A DNA stretch of 32,642 nt from a virus (Duplodnaviria; Caudoviricetes): IMG/VR virus record IMGVR_UViG_3300046058_000002, positions 1-32,642 of that record; one strand, given 5' to 3'. This document shows positions 17,913 through 27,369 of this stretch, piece by piece (position 1 is the first letter of the stretch; every line of letters starts with the position of its first letter). The notes beneath the pieces are model-generated. The model made no database searches. It was not told the DNA's origin and saw only the letters and a list, made by a program, of their open reading frames with translations. A program made the position numbers and the translations under genes.

Positions 17913-18530
17913 TTACTTTAGTCCAGCGGCGCGGAGTTCACGCCTCATGTGCTTCTCGACCTTCTGCTTCACGAGGCGGGGTCCGACCTGATTCAGGTAC
18001 GACTCCGTGGTGTCCATGAAGTCGATACCCGGATACCCCTCCTCCTCGATGGACTCCCGCACAACGAACGCAGTAATAACGATGCCGGGACTGTACTCCT
18101 TCGCAAGGTTCGCTATCTCGGGGTCCCAGTTGTCCACGTTCGCTGCGTCTGCTGACGCCTGTGCCTTCGCGTTCGGCGTCAGTTCACTGCTCACCCACGG
18201 GATGATGTCCTGAACTGAAGGCGTTGAGCCGGTGATTTCACCAGCCGGGGCGAGGCCCTTCTCCACAATCTTCGCGTGCGGAGCATCGTTCCGAATCTCA
18301 CCCTTCCAGTGGGCCGTCCGACTGAACTGGTTTTCCTCTGTACTGAAGCCCCGCTTGACGGTCTTCCGCCAAACGCGGTCAGTGGTCATCACGATGTCGC
18401 GGGCCTTGTCTTCGCCTTCGTCCATCATCCACTCACCAGCGTTCTTCAGCCCTTCTCGCAGTCCACGTCGGAGGGCGGGGGCAACGTGGCTGGCCTTATC
18501 GACTTCGATGTCGATGTCAATGTCGCCCAT
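17913..18530 (-). CDS. Putative neck / tail completion protein (HK97 gp10-like)
   Basis: NDAPHAKIVEKG and GYPGIDFM resemble this family's motifs; synteny. Confidence 0.6.
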   Translation of the reverse strand: MGDIDIDIEVDKASHVAPALRRGLREGLKNAGEWMMDEGEDKARDIVMTTDRVWRKTVKRGFSTEENQFSRTAHWKGEIRNDAPHAKIVEKGLAPAGEITGSTPSVQDIIPWVSSELTPNAKAQASADAANVDNWDPEIANLAKEYSPGIVITAFVVRESIEEEGYPGIDFMDTTESYLNQVGPRLVKQKVEKHMRRELRAAGLK

Positions 18531-18531
18531 G

Positions 18532-18900
18532 TTACTCGCCCGCCTCGTCGTGGATTATCGGTTCACCGAAGAACTCAACGTGAGTGTCGTAGCGGGTGTG
18601 TGACTTCACTTCGTAGTCCTGACCGTTGTAGACCAGAACGTCCTCTTCAGCCGGAGGGTCCGGCTGGTCGTCCGTGTTCGGGACCAGAAAGACAGGACGG
18701 TCCTGACCCCGGTTGCCGACGTTGGATTCGACCTGGGTGTTCCGGTTAGGGTAGGTCTGGAACGCGATGACGTACCTGTCAGGAACGTATTCGTCCGTCA
18801 TGTTCCCGAACTCGTTCTGTCCTGTCTCAGACCGAATCTTCACCTCAGCCTTCCGACCGAGCCGGTGAATCTGAGCGACGACCTGCCGATGGTACGTCAT
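18532..18900 (-). CDS. Head closure / head-tail joining protein
   Basis: 122 aa with NEFGN and DVLVYNGQDYEV patterns typical of SPP1 gp16-like stoppers. Confidence 0.65.
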   Translation of the reverse strand: MTYHRQVVAQIHRLGRKAEVKIRSETGQNEFGNMTDEYVPDRYVIAFQTYPNRNTQVESNVGNRGQDRPVFLVPNTDDQPDPPAEEDVLVYNGQDYEVKSHTRYDTHVEFFGEPIIHDEAGE

Positions 18901-19361
18901 AGGTCAGAACTACCAATTTCACTCCCACCGCCACCGTCTTCGCGCTCGAAGCTACCGAGAGCGTACTCTCGTTCGCTCCGAGAGGGAGACAAAGACATGA
19001 TGATGTTCGTCGCCTTCAGGGAGTTGAGGGCCTTGTGCGCGTTACGATACCACGTCGTAACGTCGTCATCCTCTTTCGCAAGGAGGGTGTCTTGGTCAAC
19101 AGCCCCCGCCTGAATCCCCTGCGAGTCCAGTTCACCCGTCTCGACCTTCGAGAACAGGCAGGTGAACCAGAATAGTGCCTCCTCGCTTGCCGGGTTATCG
19201 CTGTTGAACCAGTCGTAGTCAGCGGAGAGGGACTTCTGAACGCGAATATGCCGTTTCGCAGTCCGATACGCCGTATCGAGGCCGTCCTCAGAGAGGACTT
19301 TCGGAGACGTGTAGCCAGTAAATTGGCGCACGTCGTCTTTGAGTTCTGTTTCAGTTGTCAT
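18897..19361 (-). CDS. Head-tail adaptor
   Basis: Directly after the capsid gene; helical 154 aa; synteny. Confidence 0.6.
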   Translation of the reverse strand: MTTETELKDDVRQFTGYTSPKVLSEDGLDTAYRTAKRHIRVQKSLSADYDWFNSDNPASEEALFWFTCLFSKVETGELDSQGIQAGAVDQDTLLAKEDDDVTTWYRNAHKALNSLKATNIIMSLSPSRSEREYALGSFEREDGGGGSEIGSSDL

Positions 19362-19391
19362 GAATCAGTCAGACGGCCTCAAGAGGCCGGT

Positions 19392-20357
19392 TTACTTGAC
19401 GTTCGTCGCCGTGACTTCAGTGGCGGCGAGCGGGTCGGCCATACGGCAACCGTAGTCAGCCTCGGCGTTCGCACCGAGCAGGTCGCCCGGCGAGCGAACG
19501 AGCGCACCGTTGGGTCGCGTGACCTGAACGGGACGCTCTTCGAGGAACTTGATGGGCGAGCCGTTGGCGGCCTGCGTGAGGTAGAACTTGTCACCAGCCA
19601 TCCACGGCGACTCCACGAGGGACACGCCGTCGATAACGATGTCGAGGTCCTGCACGTCAGCAGACCGCATCCCGTTCGCCATGGGGACGTGGTACTGCGC
19701 GTCCCACGAAATCTCGTCGCGGAGGTCGCGCTTGAACTGGTTCGAGACGAGGGCCACGAAGGGACCATCCATGCCGTGATGGGTCAGCTCTCGCTTCGCC
19801 TCTTCGATGTGTTCGTGAGCCTCGTAGGCCGTGTCGTCGTTGCCGTCATCATCGAAGAGCGAGTCGGTGTCTTCGAAAACGTGGTCGTGGCTGTTGTCGA
19901 AGGAGTATTCACCGTAGTCCTTCACGTCGTACCACGCGCCCGAACCGTCGATGATGCCGTTCTGGAGCGTGTTGTAGATGAGTTGCTCCTCGGTGTTCTT
20001 CGCACCCTTCAGGAGCGTCTGGAGCTTGCCGACGATTTCCTCCGAGGAGGTCCGGCGGATGTACTTCTGACTGAAGCCGAGGGACTTCGAGTAGGTCGTC
20101 CCACGGATGGTCATCCACTTGCCTTCGTTCTCGTCGGTACGCATCGCACGAGGCTGTTCGCCCTCGGCGATTTCGTCCCAGTAAACGTCGTCCTGCTCAG
20201 CCTCCTGATAGAAGGTCTGCTCGGAGACAGTCTCCGCGAACATCTCGCGGAAGGGGCGCTCGCCCGCGTTGTAGCCGTCGATGAGCGTGCGGGCCTTCTC
20301 CAGCATATCATCGAGCGACTTGCCGTCAGCCGTGTAGAGTTCGTGTCGAGTTGCCAT
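19392..20357 (-). CDS. Major capsid protein (HK97 fold presumed)
   Basis: 321 aa at the canonical position; WDEIAEGE motif; strongly biased codon usage. Confidence 0.8.
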   Translation of the reverse strand: MATRHELYTADGKSLDDMLEKARTLIDGYNAGERPFREMFAETVSEQTFYQEAEQDDVYWDEIAEGEQPRAMRTDENEGKWMTIRGTTYSKSLGFSQKYIRRTSSEEIVGKLQTLLKGAKNTEEQLIYNTLQNGIIDGSGAWYDVKDYGEYSFDNSHDHVFEDTDSLFDDDGNDDTAYEAHEHIEEAKRELTHHGMDGPFVALVSNQFKRDLRDEISWDAQYHVPMANGMRSADVQDLDIVIDGVSLVESPWMAGDKFYLTQAANGSPIKFLEERPVQVTRPNGALVRSPGDLLGANAEADYGCRMADPLAATEVTATNVK

Positions 20358-20398
20358 GTTGAATTAGGTTAAGAGTTAAGTTAGGCGCGTTGAGTCTT

Positions 20399-20953
20399 TT
20401 AGGCCAGAACCTCGTATTCGGCGTCAATCTCAAGGAACACGCGGTCCTTCGAGACATCGTTCGGGTTCACGCCATCGTCCATCGTGGTACAGGCCAGACC
20501 GAGGACCTGCACCGCCTCACCGGAGGTCGAGGGCTTCGTCTGCGTGAAGCCGCCACCAACGTCGAGATACACCGGCTCACTCGGCGTGAAGTCGGTGTCA
20601 TCGTCGTCGTTGACCATCTCGATGCCCGACCGGACGGCGGTCGCCCGCTCGCCCTGAAGGGCACGCTCCTCGCGGTAAATCTGCTCCTCCACGTCATCCC
20701 ACGGATGCTGAGTGACGTTCGAGAGGTCAGCAGGCAGAATCTCACGCGGGAAGAGAACGCCGACAGCGTGAACCGGGCCGGTCCCCGCTTCGTTCGCGTC
20801 AGCGGCGGCGTCGGCTCGGACGAGCTTGGGTTCTGCACCCGAGTTGTCGATGCCGACCGGGACGCCGTGATTCTCACCAGTAAGCTGAACGTTGTCGAAG
20901 CCGGTTCGGTTGAGAGGCTGTTCCTCGCCAGTCGCAATGTTGAAATCCGTCAT
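20399..20953 (-). CDS. Capsid decoration / cement-like protein
   Basis: ADA...AVGV...PVYLDVGGGFTQTKP...QVLGLA pattern; lies between scaffold and MCP. Confidence 0.6.
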   Translation of the reverse strand: MTDFNIATGEEQPLNRTGFDNVQLTGENHGVPVGIDNSGAEPKLVRADAAADANEAGTGPVHAVGVLFPREILPADLSNVTQHPWDDVEEQIYREERALQGERATAVRSGIEMVNDDDDTDFTPSEPVYLDVGGGFTQTKPSTSGEAVQVLGLACTTMDDGVNPNDVSKDRVFLEIDAEYEVLA

Positions 20954-20978
20954 TAGTTAGTTGAAGGAAGAATGACCG

Positions 20979-21425
20979 TTACAGACTGAAGCCCGGCATT
21001 TCGCCAAGCTGGTCCTCCACGAAGTCCTCCGAGTCCTCGTCGGGGTTGGTCGGGGCTTCCTGCCCCATGTCATCGAAGTCGCCCTCACCGTCGCCTTCGT
21101 CGGCCTCGTCGGTGTCCGTCTCCGCGACGAACGCCTTCCAGTCCTGAAGGTCGCTGAAGTCTTCGTCCTCCAGCTTGTCCTCGGTGAGCGGGACCTCATC
21201 GAAGGCTTCCGCCTCGGTGATGTCCTCGATAAGGTCCTCGCGGGCGTCCTCGAAGTCCTCGATGGTGCTTTCGTCCACACCGTCCGTTGCCTCTGCCGCC
21301 TTTTCGAACTCGGCGACGTTGGATTCCTGTGCCGTCTCGAACTCTCGGATAGTCTCTCGAAGTTCGTCCTCCGAGAAATCCGACAGTTCGCCGTCGTAAG
21401 TGACCTTGTTGAAGTTGAGGTCCAT
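20979..21425 (-). CDS. Putative scaffold protein
   Basis: Extremely acidic, coiled-coil-like; follows the protease. Confidence 0.55.
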   Translation of the reverse strand: MDLNFNKVTYDGELSDFSEDELRETIREFETAQESNVAEFEKAAEATDGVDESTIEDFEDAREDLIEDITEAEAFDEVPLTEDKLEDEDFSDLQDWKAFVAETDTDEADEGDGEGDFDDMGQEAPTNPDEDSEDFVEDQLGEMPGFSL

Positions 21426-21427
21426 GA

Positions 21428-22148
21428 TTAGAATTGAAGTGTTTCCGTTTCTACCGCAAAGTCATCCGTCGCCGAGTTCTCGCCGGACTTACTCGTCTCG
21501 TCCGCCGGGTCATCAAACTCGATGTCCGCCTCTTCGATGGCTTCAGCGAAGGCGGCGTTCACGCCACCATCGTCATAGCCACCGGGGAAGTTCACCGTCG
21601 AGAACTCGCGAAACTTGCCGTCGCGCATCTCCGGCTCACCGTCTTCGTTCCGAACGGCTTCGTAGTTCTGTCCGAACCCAAGTGACCCGGATGGCGGGCG
21701 GGTCGTGAGTGTACCGTGCAACCGCCTCCTGATGGTTCCGCGACCCCTCGATGTTCGGGGTTCGCGTCATCAGGAAAAACTTGCCAAGGCGCTCCGAGAA
21801 CCACTTCTCTCGAACGTCGCCGATTCGCGCCCAACTATTCTTGTCTTCGTGGTCCTTCAGGTGCGGGGGCGGAGACGCATACTCCTTCCCCCCGACCTTA
21901 TCGAGGAAGACCTCGGTGATTCGGACGCCGTTACGGTCCTCGGGTGGACCCGGCTCCATCGCACCGAAGATTACGTCAACGCTTTCCAGCGTCTCGCCGT
22001 CCTCGGCGTAGTTCTCACGGACGCCGTGTTCGTTGAAGCCAGTCCCAACGCGCTCTGCGAACTCCGAATGACTAAAGTCGATGTCATCATCCGGGGTCGA
22101 AGCGGTGAAGACCAGATTCTCGTTGATGTTTAGCTCAGTATCGCTCAT
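21428..22148 (-). CDS. Putative prohead protease split over two reading frames
   Basis: N-half (DRNG, HLKDH, RIG) and C-half (GSLGF, REFSTVNFPG) have the layout of HK97-type maturation proteases; the frames switch near 21690. Confidence 0.7.
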
Positions 22149-22149
22149 G

Positions 22150-22404
22150 TTAGACTACTCGGCTAATCTTGTCTGCACCCCACATCAGAACCGCCATCAG
22201 GCCCGCCGAATAACCTGCCAAAACGGTGGTGTTCCGGTTTGCCTTCGCGCGATTCGTGGCAATCTTTTCGGCGTTGTCTTCGGTCTTCTCGACTACATCG
22301 TCTATCTTCGAGTCCATGCGCTCGGTGCGCTCATCGACTCGGGAGAGAAGCCGAACTTCATCAGTAGAAAGGGTACAGTCGTCGAGGTCAGGTATGTCGG
22401 TCAT
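22150..22404 (-). CDS. Small coiled-coil protein with a C-terminal TM helix
   Basis: LLSRVDERTERMDSKID coil followed by VLAGYSAGLMAVLMW. Confidence 0.7.
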   Translation of the reverse strand: MTDIPDLDDCTLSTDEVRLLSRVDERTERMDSKIDDVVEKTEDNAEKIATNRAKANRNTTVLAGYSAGLMAVLMWGADKISRVV

Positions 22405-23918
22405 GATTCATCTTCAGTGATAGATTTCGAATTTCGACCAGAAGATGAATCCTCACCGGGGTCCTGTCTTGAAGTCACCTCACCGCCCGCCGATTCAGAC
22501 CCACCTTCTGTATCTGTGGGACTGCCTCCATCGGGGTTCTGGATGTCGTCACCCTTTTGCGCGAGAGCGCGGAGGTTGTCCAGATGGTCGCCCTCGCTCC
22601 AGAACGCAGGAACTTCATTGGGGTCGATACCAGCACGTTCGGCGAACGCTTCCGGCGTCAGCAGTCCGTTATTGAACAGATTGAGGAGTTTGTCCAACTC
22701 TAGCCGCTTCTCGGCGGAACTGTGTTCCCCAAACTGGAACTCGGGGACAATCCCCGAGAACTCTTCAAGATTCGCGCTCTCGTTGAGCAGGCTCTTGAGA
22801 ATCTGCTGTTCAACCGCAGACTTCACGCGGTTTTGGAGCCGGTCGATACGACGCTTGAACGAGGGCATCGTCGCGGTCATCTCGCCCTGTCCGCCCACGT
22901 CCATGTTCATCAGGCCACGAGGGACGCCCAGTCCGGTCACAATGCGGTTTTCGAAGTGTTCGAAAGTATCCTCCAACCGCATCGCTCCGGCGGTGCTGGA
23001 CGTGCTTGTCGTGCCTACGATGTCCGTCTCTACGTCGTGGGGTGCGGCGAGCATTGTGTCCGGTTCGATGCTCTCCACGTTGTCCATCCACGCCTGAACT
23101 TGGTCCTCCGTCCAGTTGTGGTCTTCATCGCCGAGCTTCCACAGAATCGGGGGGTAAGCCTTCGTAGCGATGAATCGCGCGTAGTCGATTTCCATGTCGC
23201 GGAGCATATCCGCCTGCTCGGCGACAGGCTCCACGAGCGACCGACCAAAGTCGTCAGTTGGATGTTTGAAAAAGGTAAGCTCGGCGACCTCGTGCGGGGC
23301 GTACTGGATGTCGCTATCACCGCCAGCGCCACCACCGCCACCACCACCGCCGCCCTGCGGCGTCTCCAGTTTATAGAACTCAAGATTACCGTATTCGTCC
23401 TCCTTCCGCTTCATCTTCGTCGTCGGAAGAAGCTTAGGTTTGAACTGCTCGTCCTCGACGACCAGTTCCATGAAAGCGTGACCGTCAATGGCCGCGTAGC
23501 GCACCCAGTCGTTGAACACCGGCCAGAAGTTCGAGTTTTTGAGTAGACGCCGAAGTTTCTGCACTTCGGATGCCTGCCCCTCGCTCGAAACGGACTCGCC
23601 TTGCGCCGTCTGAGCGGCCTGTCCGGCCACGCCAGATTCCATCGCCGACTCGAACGTTCGAGGGGCAACGTTGAACCCGTCACCGACAACCCAGTCGGTG
23701 AGGGTCATCATCGCCTCTTTGACGTGTGAGTCAGTATAGGCGATGTCACGGTGTTCCTGAATCGTCTCGCTGGGGGCCGAAGCCGCCCGGTCGCCGCCTA
23801 CCGACGACCCGCCACCTTGGTCGCTCCGAATAACACCCTTCGGGGATTCAGTATAGAAATCTGCATCCTCCCCCTCGGGTGTTTCTGGAGCTACGAAGTT
23901 CTGTGGAGTATCAGCCAT
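22401..23918 (-). CDS. Portal protein
   Basis: 505 aa directly after the terminase; DGHAFMELV, DDFGRSLVEP and GLGVP patterns. Confidence 0.88.
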   Translation of the reverse strand: MADTPQNFVAPETPEGEDADFYTESPKGVIRSDQGGGSSVGGDRAASAPSETIQEHRDIAYTDSHVKEAMMTLTDWVVGDGFNVAPRTFESAMESGVAGQAAQTAQGESVSSEGQASEVQKLRRLLKNSNFWPVFNDWVRYAAIDGHAFMELVVEDEQFKPKLLPTTKMKRKEDEYGNLEFYKLETPQGGGGGGGGGAGGDSDIQYAPHEVAELTFFKHPTDDFGRSLVEPVAEQADMLRDMEIDYARFIATKAYPPILWKLGDEDHNWTEDQVQAWMDNVESIEPDTMLAAPHDVETDIVGTTSTSSTAGAMRLEDTFEHFENRIVTGLGVPRGLMNMDVGGQGEMTATMPSFKRRIDRLQNRVKSAVEQQILKSLLNESANLEEFSGIVPEFQFGEHSSAEKRLELDKLLNLFNNGLLTPEAFAERAGIDPNEVPAFWSEGDHLDNLRALAQKGDDIQNPDGGSPTDTEGGSESAGGEVTSRQDPGEDSSSGRNSKSITEDES

Positions 23919-25648
23919 TATCGAGAGTGTCGTCGGTCGTACCGCCTGTCAACGCCAGTATCAGGTTGAGCAAACGCGCCAACTACGTCACTTCCGCCGG
24001 ACGTGTTCTGCGTGCTTGTACTGCCGCGTCCGTCGCTGTTCGCCGCCATCATCGCATCAACCTCGCTCCGTGACCCCTCGGTTTGGTCAAGTCCCGGCTC
24101 GTCATCATAGCCGGAGACGTTCTTCCGTTGAACAGGAGTCGTCGTGCGGTCGGCGTCGAAGTTCGGAGGGTACGCCCCCAGCACGAGCGCCATTGCAAGG
24201 TCGTCTCGGTTGTTCGGAGCGTTGTCCTTCCCTGAGAACTTGGGTTTCGAGGTCCGGTGGTTCTTCTCCTTGACGATGGCCTTCAGTTGCGCGTCGATAA
24301 GGCCGTCGTCGTTCGGAACCAGCGTCAGCAGGTCGTTGTGAAGGGCGTAGTTGAAGTCGCCCATCATCTCCTCGATGGTTTCCTTGTCATCGAAGTCGAA
24401 GCCCTCGGCTCGCCTGCCGAGAACCTTGTTGACTTCGTTGTTGAAACCCTCGCCGACCCCGGTCTTGTCCAAGTAGACCTTATCAACACCCATGTTGTCC
24501 GCGAGGATGTTGATGTAGGACGCCATGTCGGACGGGTTCTTCGGCTTCCCGTTGATTCCGACAGCGTTGAGGTCCCGTTCGGACAGATTCGTATGGAATC
24601 GAAGTAGCCGCTCGGGACCGTCGTGTTCGAACACCGAGATGGCGGTCTTGTCGTTGCCGCCTGCGGCGATGTCCACGCCCATAATCATCTTGCCGCCACG
24701 CCGAGCGTGAGTGGCCGGATGATGAACGTAGTCGTCGCGTGCGCCGCGCTGAATCGCGCGTTCGATGCCTTCCTCGGTGAAGAACCGATAGCGGTCGGAG
24801 ACGGTTTTACACAAGTACTCTTGTTTGAACCCCTCCGGGTCCCGCTGGCGGTCCTTCTCCGCCTCCTCCATATTCTGATATGGATTGGCGGGTTCGACGC
24901 CCTGCTCGATGAGACTCCGCTCTACGTCAATCTCATCGGCGTTTTTGAAGGACGGCTGTTCGATGGCGATGATGCCGTTGTCTCCATCCGGCGACCCTCG
25001 CTCCATGTCCTGCATGAAGAGGTCGTTCGACGTGTTCGGCGTCGAAATCTGGATGGTGTTGGCGTCACCGAGCGCCACGAACGGGCTGAACGCCCGCATT
25101 GACTCCTTTTCATCTTCGAGGAACGCCATCTCGTCAATGAAGAGGATGTCGGCGCTGTCTGCGCCCCGAGAGGTGTCGGGGTTGCCCGCGAAGGCCATGA
25201 TGGTCGCGCCGTTCGGAAGCTCAATCTCGTCACGGTTATTTTTCGGTAGGTCGTCTTCTTCCAGTGGGAGCTTCCACCACTCGATGAGGTCGTAAATGTC
25301 GTCAATCCGGTCCTTCGCCTGCGATTTGGAAGGCCCGGTTATCGCATGGAAACTGTGAGGCTGAAGAAGCGCCTTCGCCAGTATCGTCAGGCACGCAACG
25401 AACGAATACCCCGTCCGTCGTCCCTTCAGTACGGAAACAGTCGATGCCTCACCGTACCAGAGGGCATGAATGAACTGACGTTGGTAGCCAGTCAGGTCGA
25501 GGTCGCCGACCTTTTTCGTCTCAAGGTCACGAACTCGGAAAATGTCCTCGATGAAGAGGTCAGGTCGCCCATCCCACCGTTCGAGGAGTGCTTCCTCGTT
25601 ATCGAGGCCGTAGTCCTCTTCGGCGACGGTATTTGCGAGGTCTTCCAT
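23918..25648 (-). CDS. terL: Terminase large subunit
   Basis: Walker A KGRRTGYS, Walker B ILFIDEMAF, coupling ISTP, FKQEYLC, nuclease motifs GVDIA, DKTGVG and DDLAMA. Confidence 0.95.
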   Translation of the reverse strand: MEDLANTVAEEDYGLDNEEALLERWDGRPDLFIEDIFRVRDLETKKVGDLDLTGYQRQFIHALWYGEASTVSVLKGRRTGYSFVACLTILAKALLQPHSFHAITGPSKSQAKDRIDDIYDLIEWWKLPLEEDDLPKNNRDEIELPNGATIMAFAGNPDTSRGADSADILFIDEMAFLEDEKESMRAFSPFVALGDANTIQISTPNTSNDLFMQDMERGSPDGDNGIIAIEQPSFKNADEIDVERSLIEQGVEPANPYQNMEEAEKDRQRDPEGFKQEYLCKTVSDRYRFFTEEGIERAIQRGARDDYVHHPATHARRGGKMIMGVDIAAGGNDKTAISVFEHDGPERLLRFHTNLSERDLNAVGINGKPKNPSDMASYINILADNMGVDKVYLDKTGVGEGFNNEVNKVLGRRAEGFDFDDKETIEEMMGDFNYALHNDLLTLVPNDDGLIDAQLKAIVKEKNHRTSKPKFSGKDNAPNNRDDLAMALVLGAYPPNFDADRTTTPVQRKNVSGYDDEPGLDQTEGSRSEVDAMMAANSDGRGSTSTQNTSGGSDVVGAFAQPDTGVDRRYDRRHSR

Positions 25649-25833
25649 CAGTCGAGTTCTTGAAGGGCGTCTGCGTCAGCGTAAATCCAAGCCGCGTCAC
25701 TCCACTTCTCCAGAACTCCGGCGGGGTTGTCATCGCGGTCGCTTACAACGACCGCCGTCACCTCTTCGGGTTCCGTCTGGACCTCCCCGGCCAGCGCAGT
25801 GGAGACTGCGGCGGGCTTATCGGGGTGGTCCAC
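25648..25833 (-). CDS. Small hypothetical protein (61 aa)
   Basis: GTG start, acidic, TGATG-coupled to terL. Confidence 0.65.
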   Translation of the reverse strand: MDHPDKPAAVSTALAGEVQTEPEEVTAVVVSDRDDNPAGVLEKWSDAAWIYADADALQELD

Positions 25834-25842
25834 GAGTAGTCC

Positions 25843-26148
25843 TTACTCGCTCCCCCGAGGGCAGTCGTTGCGGTCGCACGGGCCACAGTTACCAGCCATA
25901 AGGCCAGCAGTCAGACCCAACGCGAAGCCCGCGCCGAGGTCAGTGTCAGGTTCGTCTTCGAGAGCTTTAAGCGGGCGAGTCATCTCACCGACTGAGAGAG
26001 TAGCTTCGACTGTGAAAATGCAGTCGGCAACGTCTTCAACGTTCACATCGGCATCGTGAACGCCAAATCCAGCCTTTTCCAGAAGCCGAACCGCCTCTGC
26101 TCCGGCTTGGAAGCGCCGAACCAAGTCCGTTTCGTAACGCTCAACCAT
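25843..26148 (-). CDS. Hypothetical protein with a C-terminal Cys cluster
   Basis: Co-oriented in the operon; ends CGPCDRNDCP. Confidence 0.65.
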   Translation of the reverse strand: MVERYETDLVRRFQAGAEAVRLLEKAGFGVHDADVNVEDVADCIFTVEATLSVGEMTRPLKALEDEPDTDLGAGFALGLTAGLMAGNCGPCDRNDCPRGSE

Positions 26149-26251
26149 CGAAAGTTAGGTCTTCCTCGAAGTCAGCGTCCTGCTCGTCGTTCTTGACGAG
26201 CTTGCCATCGTCCGTTACCTCGAACTGCTTGTCTTCGGTAGTGTCACTCAT
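26141..26251 (-). CDS. Acidic microprotein (36 aa, MSDTTEDKQF...)
   Basis: Translated by hand; fills the gap and overlaps both neighbours. Confidence 0.6.
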   Translation of the reverse strand: MSDTTEDKQFEVTDDGKLVKNDEQDADFEEDLTFDG

Positions 26252-26520
26252 TTTCGAACTAAGAACGAGGACGGTCTGTCGTGGTTGTCCTTGGGGACCG
26301 CGACCGACGCCGGAGGAATCGACCGTTCCGGCTTGAACTGGTAGTGAAGACCGCCGATGAAACCCACCAGCGGCCGCCCGAAGCGTTCTTCCAACGCTTC
26401 AAGCATATCGTAGTCCATGATGGCTTCTTCGTCGTCGTAGGTGATTACCTCGGCGTTGTGAACCATGTCGTAGCCTGCCGAGAACGATTCCGTAACTGGA
26501 TTGAAGTCGGTTTCAGCCAT
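26248..26520 (-). CDS. Hypothetical protein (MAETDFNP..., 90 aa)
   Basis: Track ORF 26248..26592 restarted at ATG 26520, overlapping the upstream stop. Confidence 0.7.
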   Translation of the reverse strand: MAETDFNPVTESFSAGYDMVHNAEVITYDDEEAIMDYDMLEALEERFGRPLVGFIGGLHYQFKPERSIPPASVAVPKDNHDRPSSFLVRK

Positions 26521-27319
26521 CGTTGTCTTTGAATCTGTCGGGGTCGTAGTCCTCGTCGGACTCCTCAACCGCCTCAGTGGCGATTTCCGCAACGGCTTCG
26601 TTGGCGGACGCCTCGCTTTCGAGGGTGTCCATCTTCTGCCGCTCCTTGGGAGTCAGTCCCAACTCTTTCATTTGGTTGGTGACTTCCGACATCAGCAGTC
26701 GGTACTCTCGCGAGAGCGGGTTCTCGGCGTCCTTATAGCCGACTTCGACGCCCTGCTCGTCAAAGACAGGCTCGTCGTGAACCTCATGGTTGTCGAGGTA
26801 GTCCTCCTCGCGGAGAGCGCGTACCTCGTTGACGGCGACACGGCGGAGAATCCGGTATCGCGCCGGGTCCTCCGACCTGTCGGGCCAGTTATAGATGTCC
26901 GGCCAGTCCTCCATGATTTCATCATAAAGGTCTTGCTCGTGTTCGTCAAAATCCATGATTAAGTGTTCGTCGTCAGCGTAAGCGCCGTGCTTGATACCCG
27001 CCGTGAGCGGGTTCTCCAGCTTATCCTTGTGCTTGTGACCCTGCTTCTCTACGTCGCCGCCGTGGAAGGGACAGCAGACCGCGTAGGCGGCCTTATCGGT
27101 TCCCTCACCCTCGTAGTCATCCTCATCCTTCTTCGCGGCGCGTCTCTTACAAAAACGCTGAGGTCCGTCGTACTCGTCAGGTTGTTTTCCGATAGGGTTC
27201 AGGCAGTACGCAACCTCGAACGGAATGTCATGTTCGAGATACCGGGGAGTGTTGTAATATTCTCCCTCAAGCTCGCGCAATTCCGACGGGGAAGCCCCAG
27301 TAAGTTCTCCAGCGGCCAT
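26513..27319 (-). CDS. Putative terminase small subunit
   Basis: First gene of the morphogenesis operon; C..FC...CPFHGG zinc-like motif, GIKHGAYA, and ENPL...ELGLTPKER (P27-like TerS C-terminus). Confidence 0.75.
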   Translation of the reverse strand: MAAGELTGASPSELRELEGEYYNTPRYLEHDIPFEVAYCLNPIGKQPDEYDGPQRFCKRRAAKKDEDDYEGEGTDKAAYAVCCPFHGGDVEKQGHKHKDKLENPLTAGIKHGAYADDEHLIMDFDEHEQDLYDEIMEDWPDIYNWPDRSEDPARYRILRRVAVNEVRALREEDYLDNHEVHDEPVFDEQGVEVGYKDAENPLSREYRLLMSEVTNQMKELGLTPKERQKMDTLESEASANEAVAEIATEAVEESDEDYDPDRFKDNDG

Positions 27320-27355
27320 CTGTCGGTCTAATAGTATAGTTAACGTCGCTTGTTT

Positions 27356-27369
27356 ACAGCGATAAGGTC
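27356..27369. repeat. 14-mer ACAGCGATAAGGTC, copy 3 (candidate late promoter element)
   Basis: About 37 nt upstream of the terS ATG; part of the hairpin ACAGCGA-TAAGG-TCGCTGT. Confidence 0.85.

Noticed and set aside
25405-25430. Terminase Walker A lacking the canonical Lys (GRRTGYS)
   Set aside because: KxRRxGxS/T variants with the Lys upstream are known in terminases such as Mu-like ones, so this is not evidence of inactivation.
1-25648. Inteins in PolB, RtcB or TerL
   Set aside because: Motif spacing is normal, and no intein splice-junction or LAGLIDADG blocks were seen in the visible parts.
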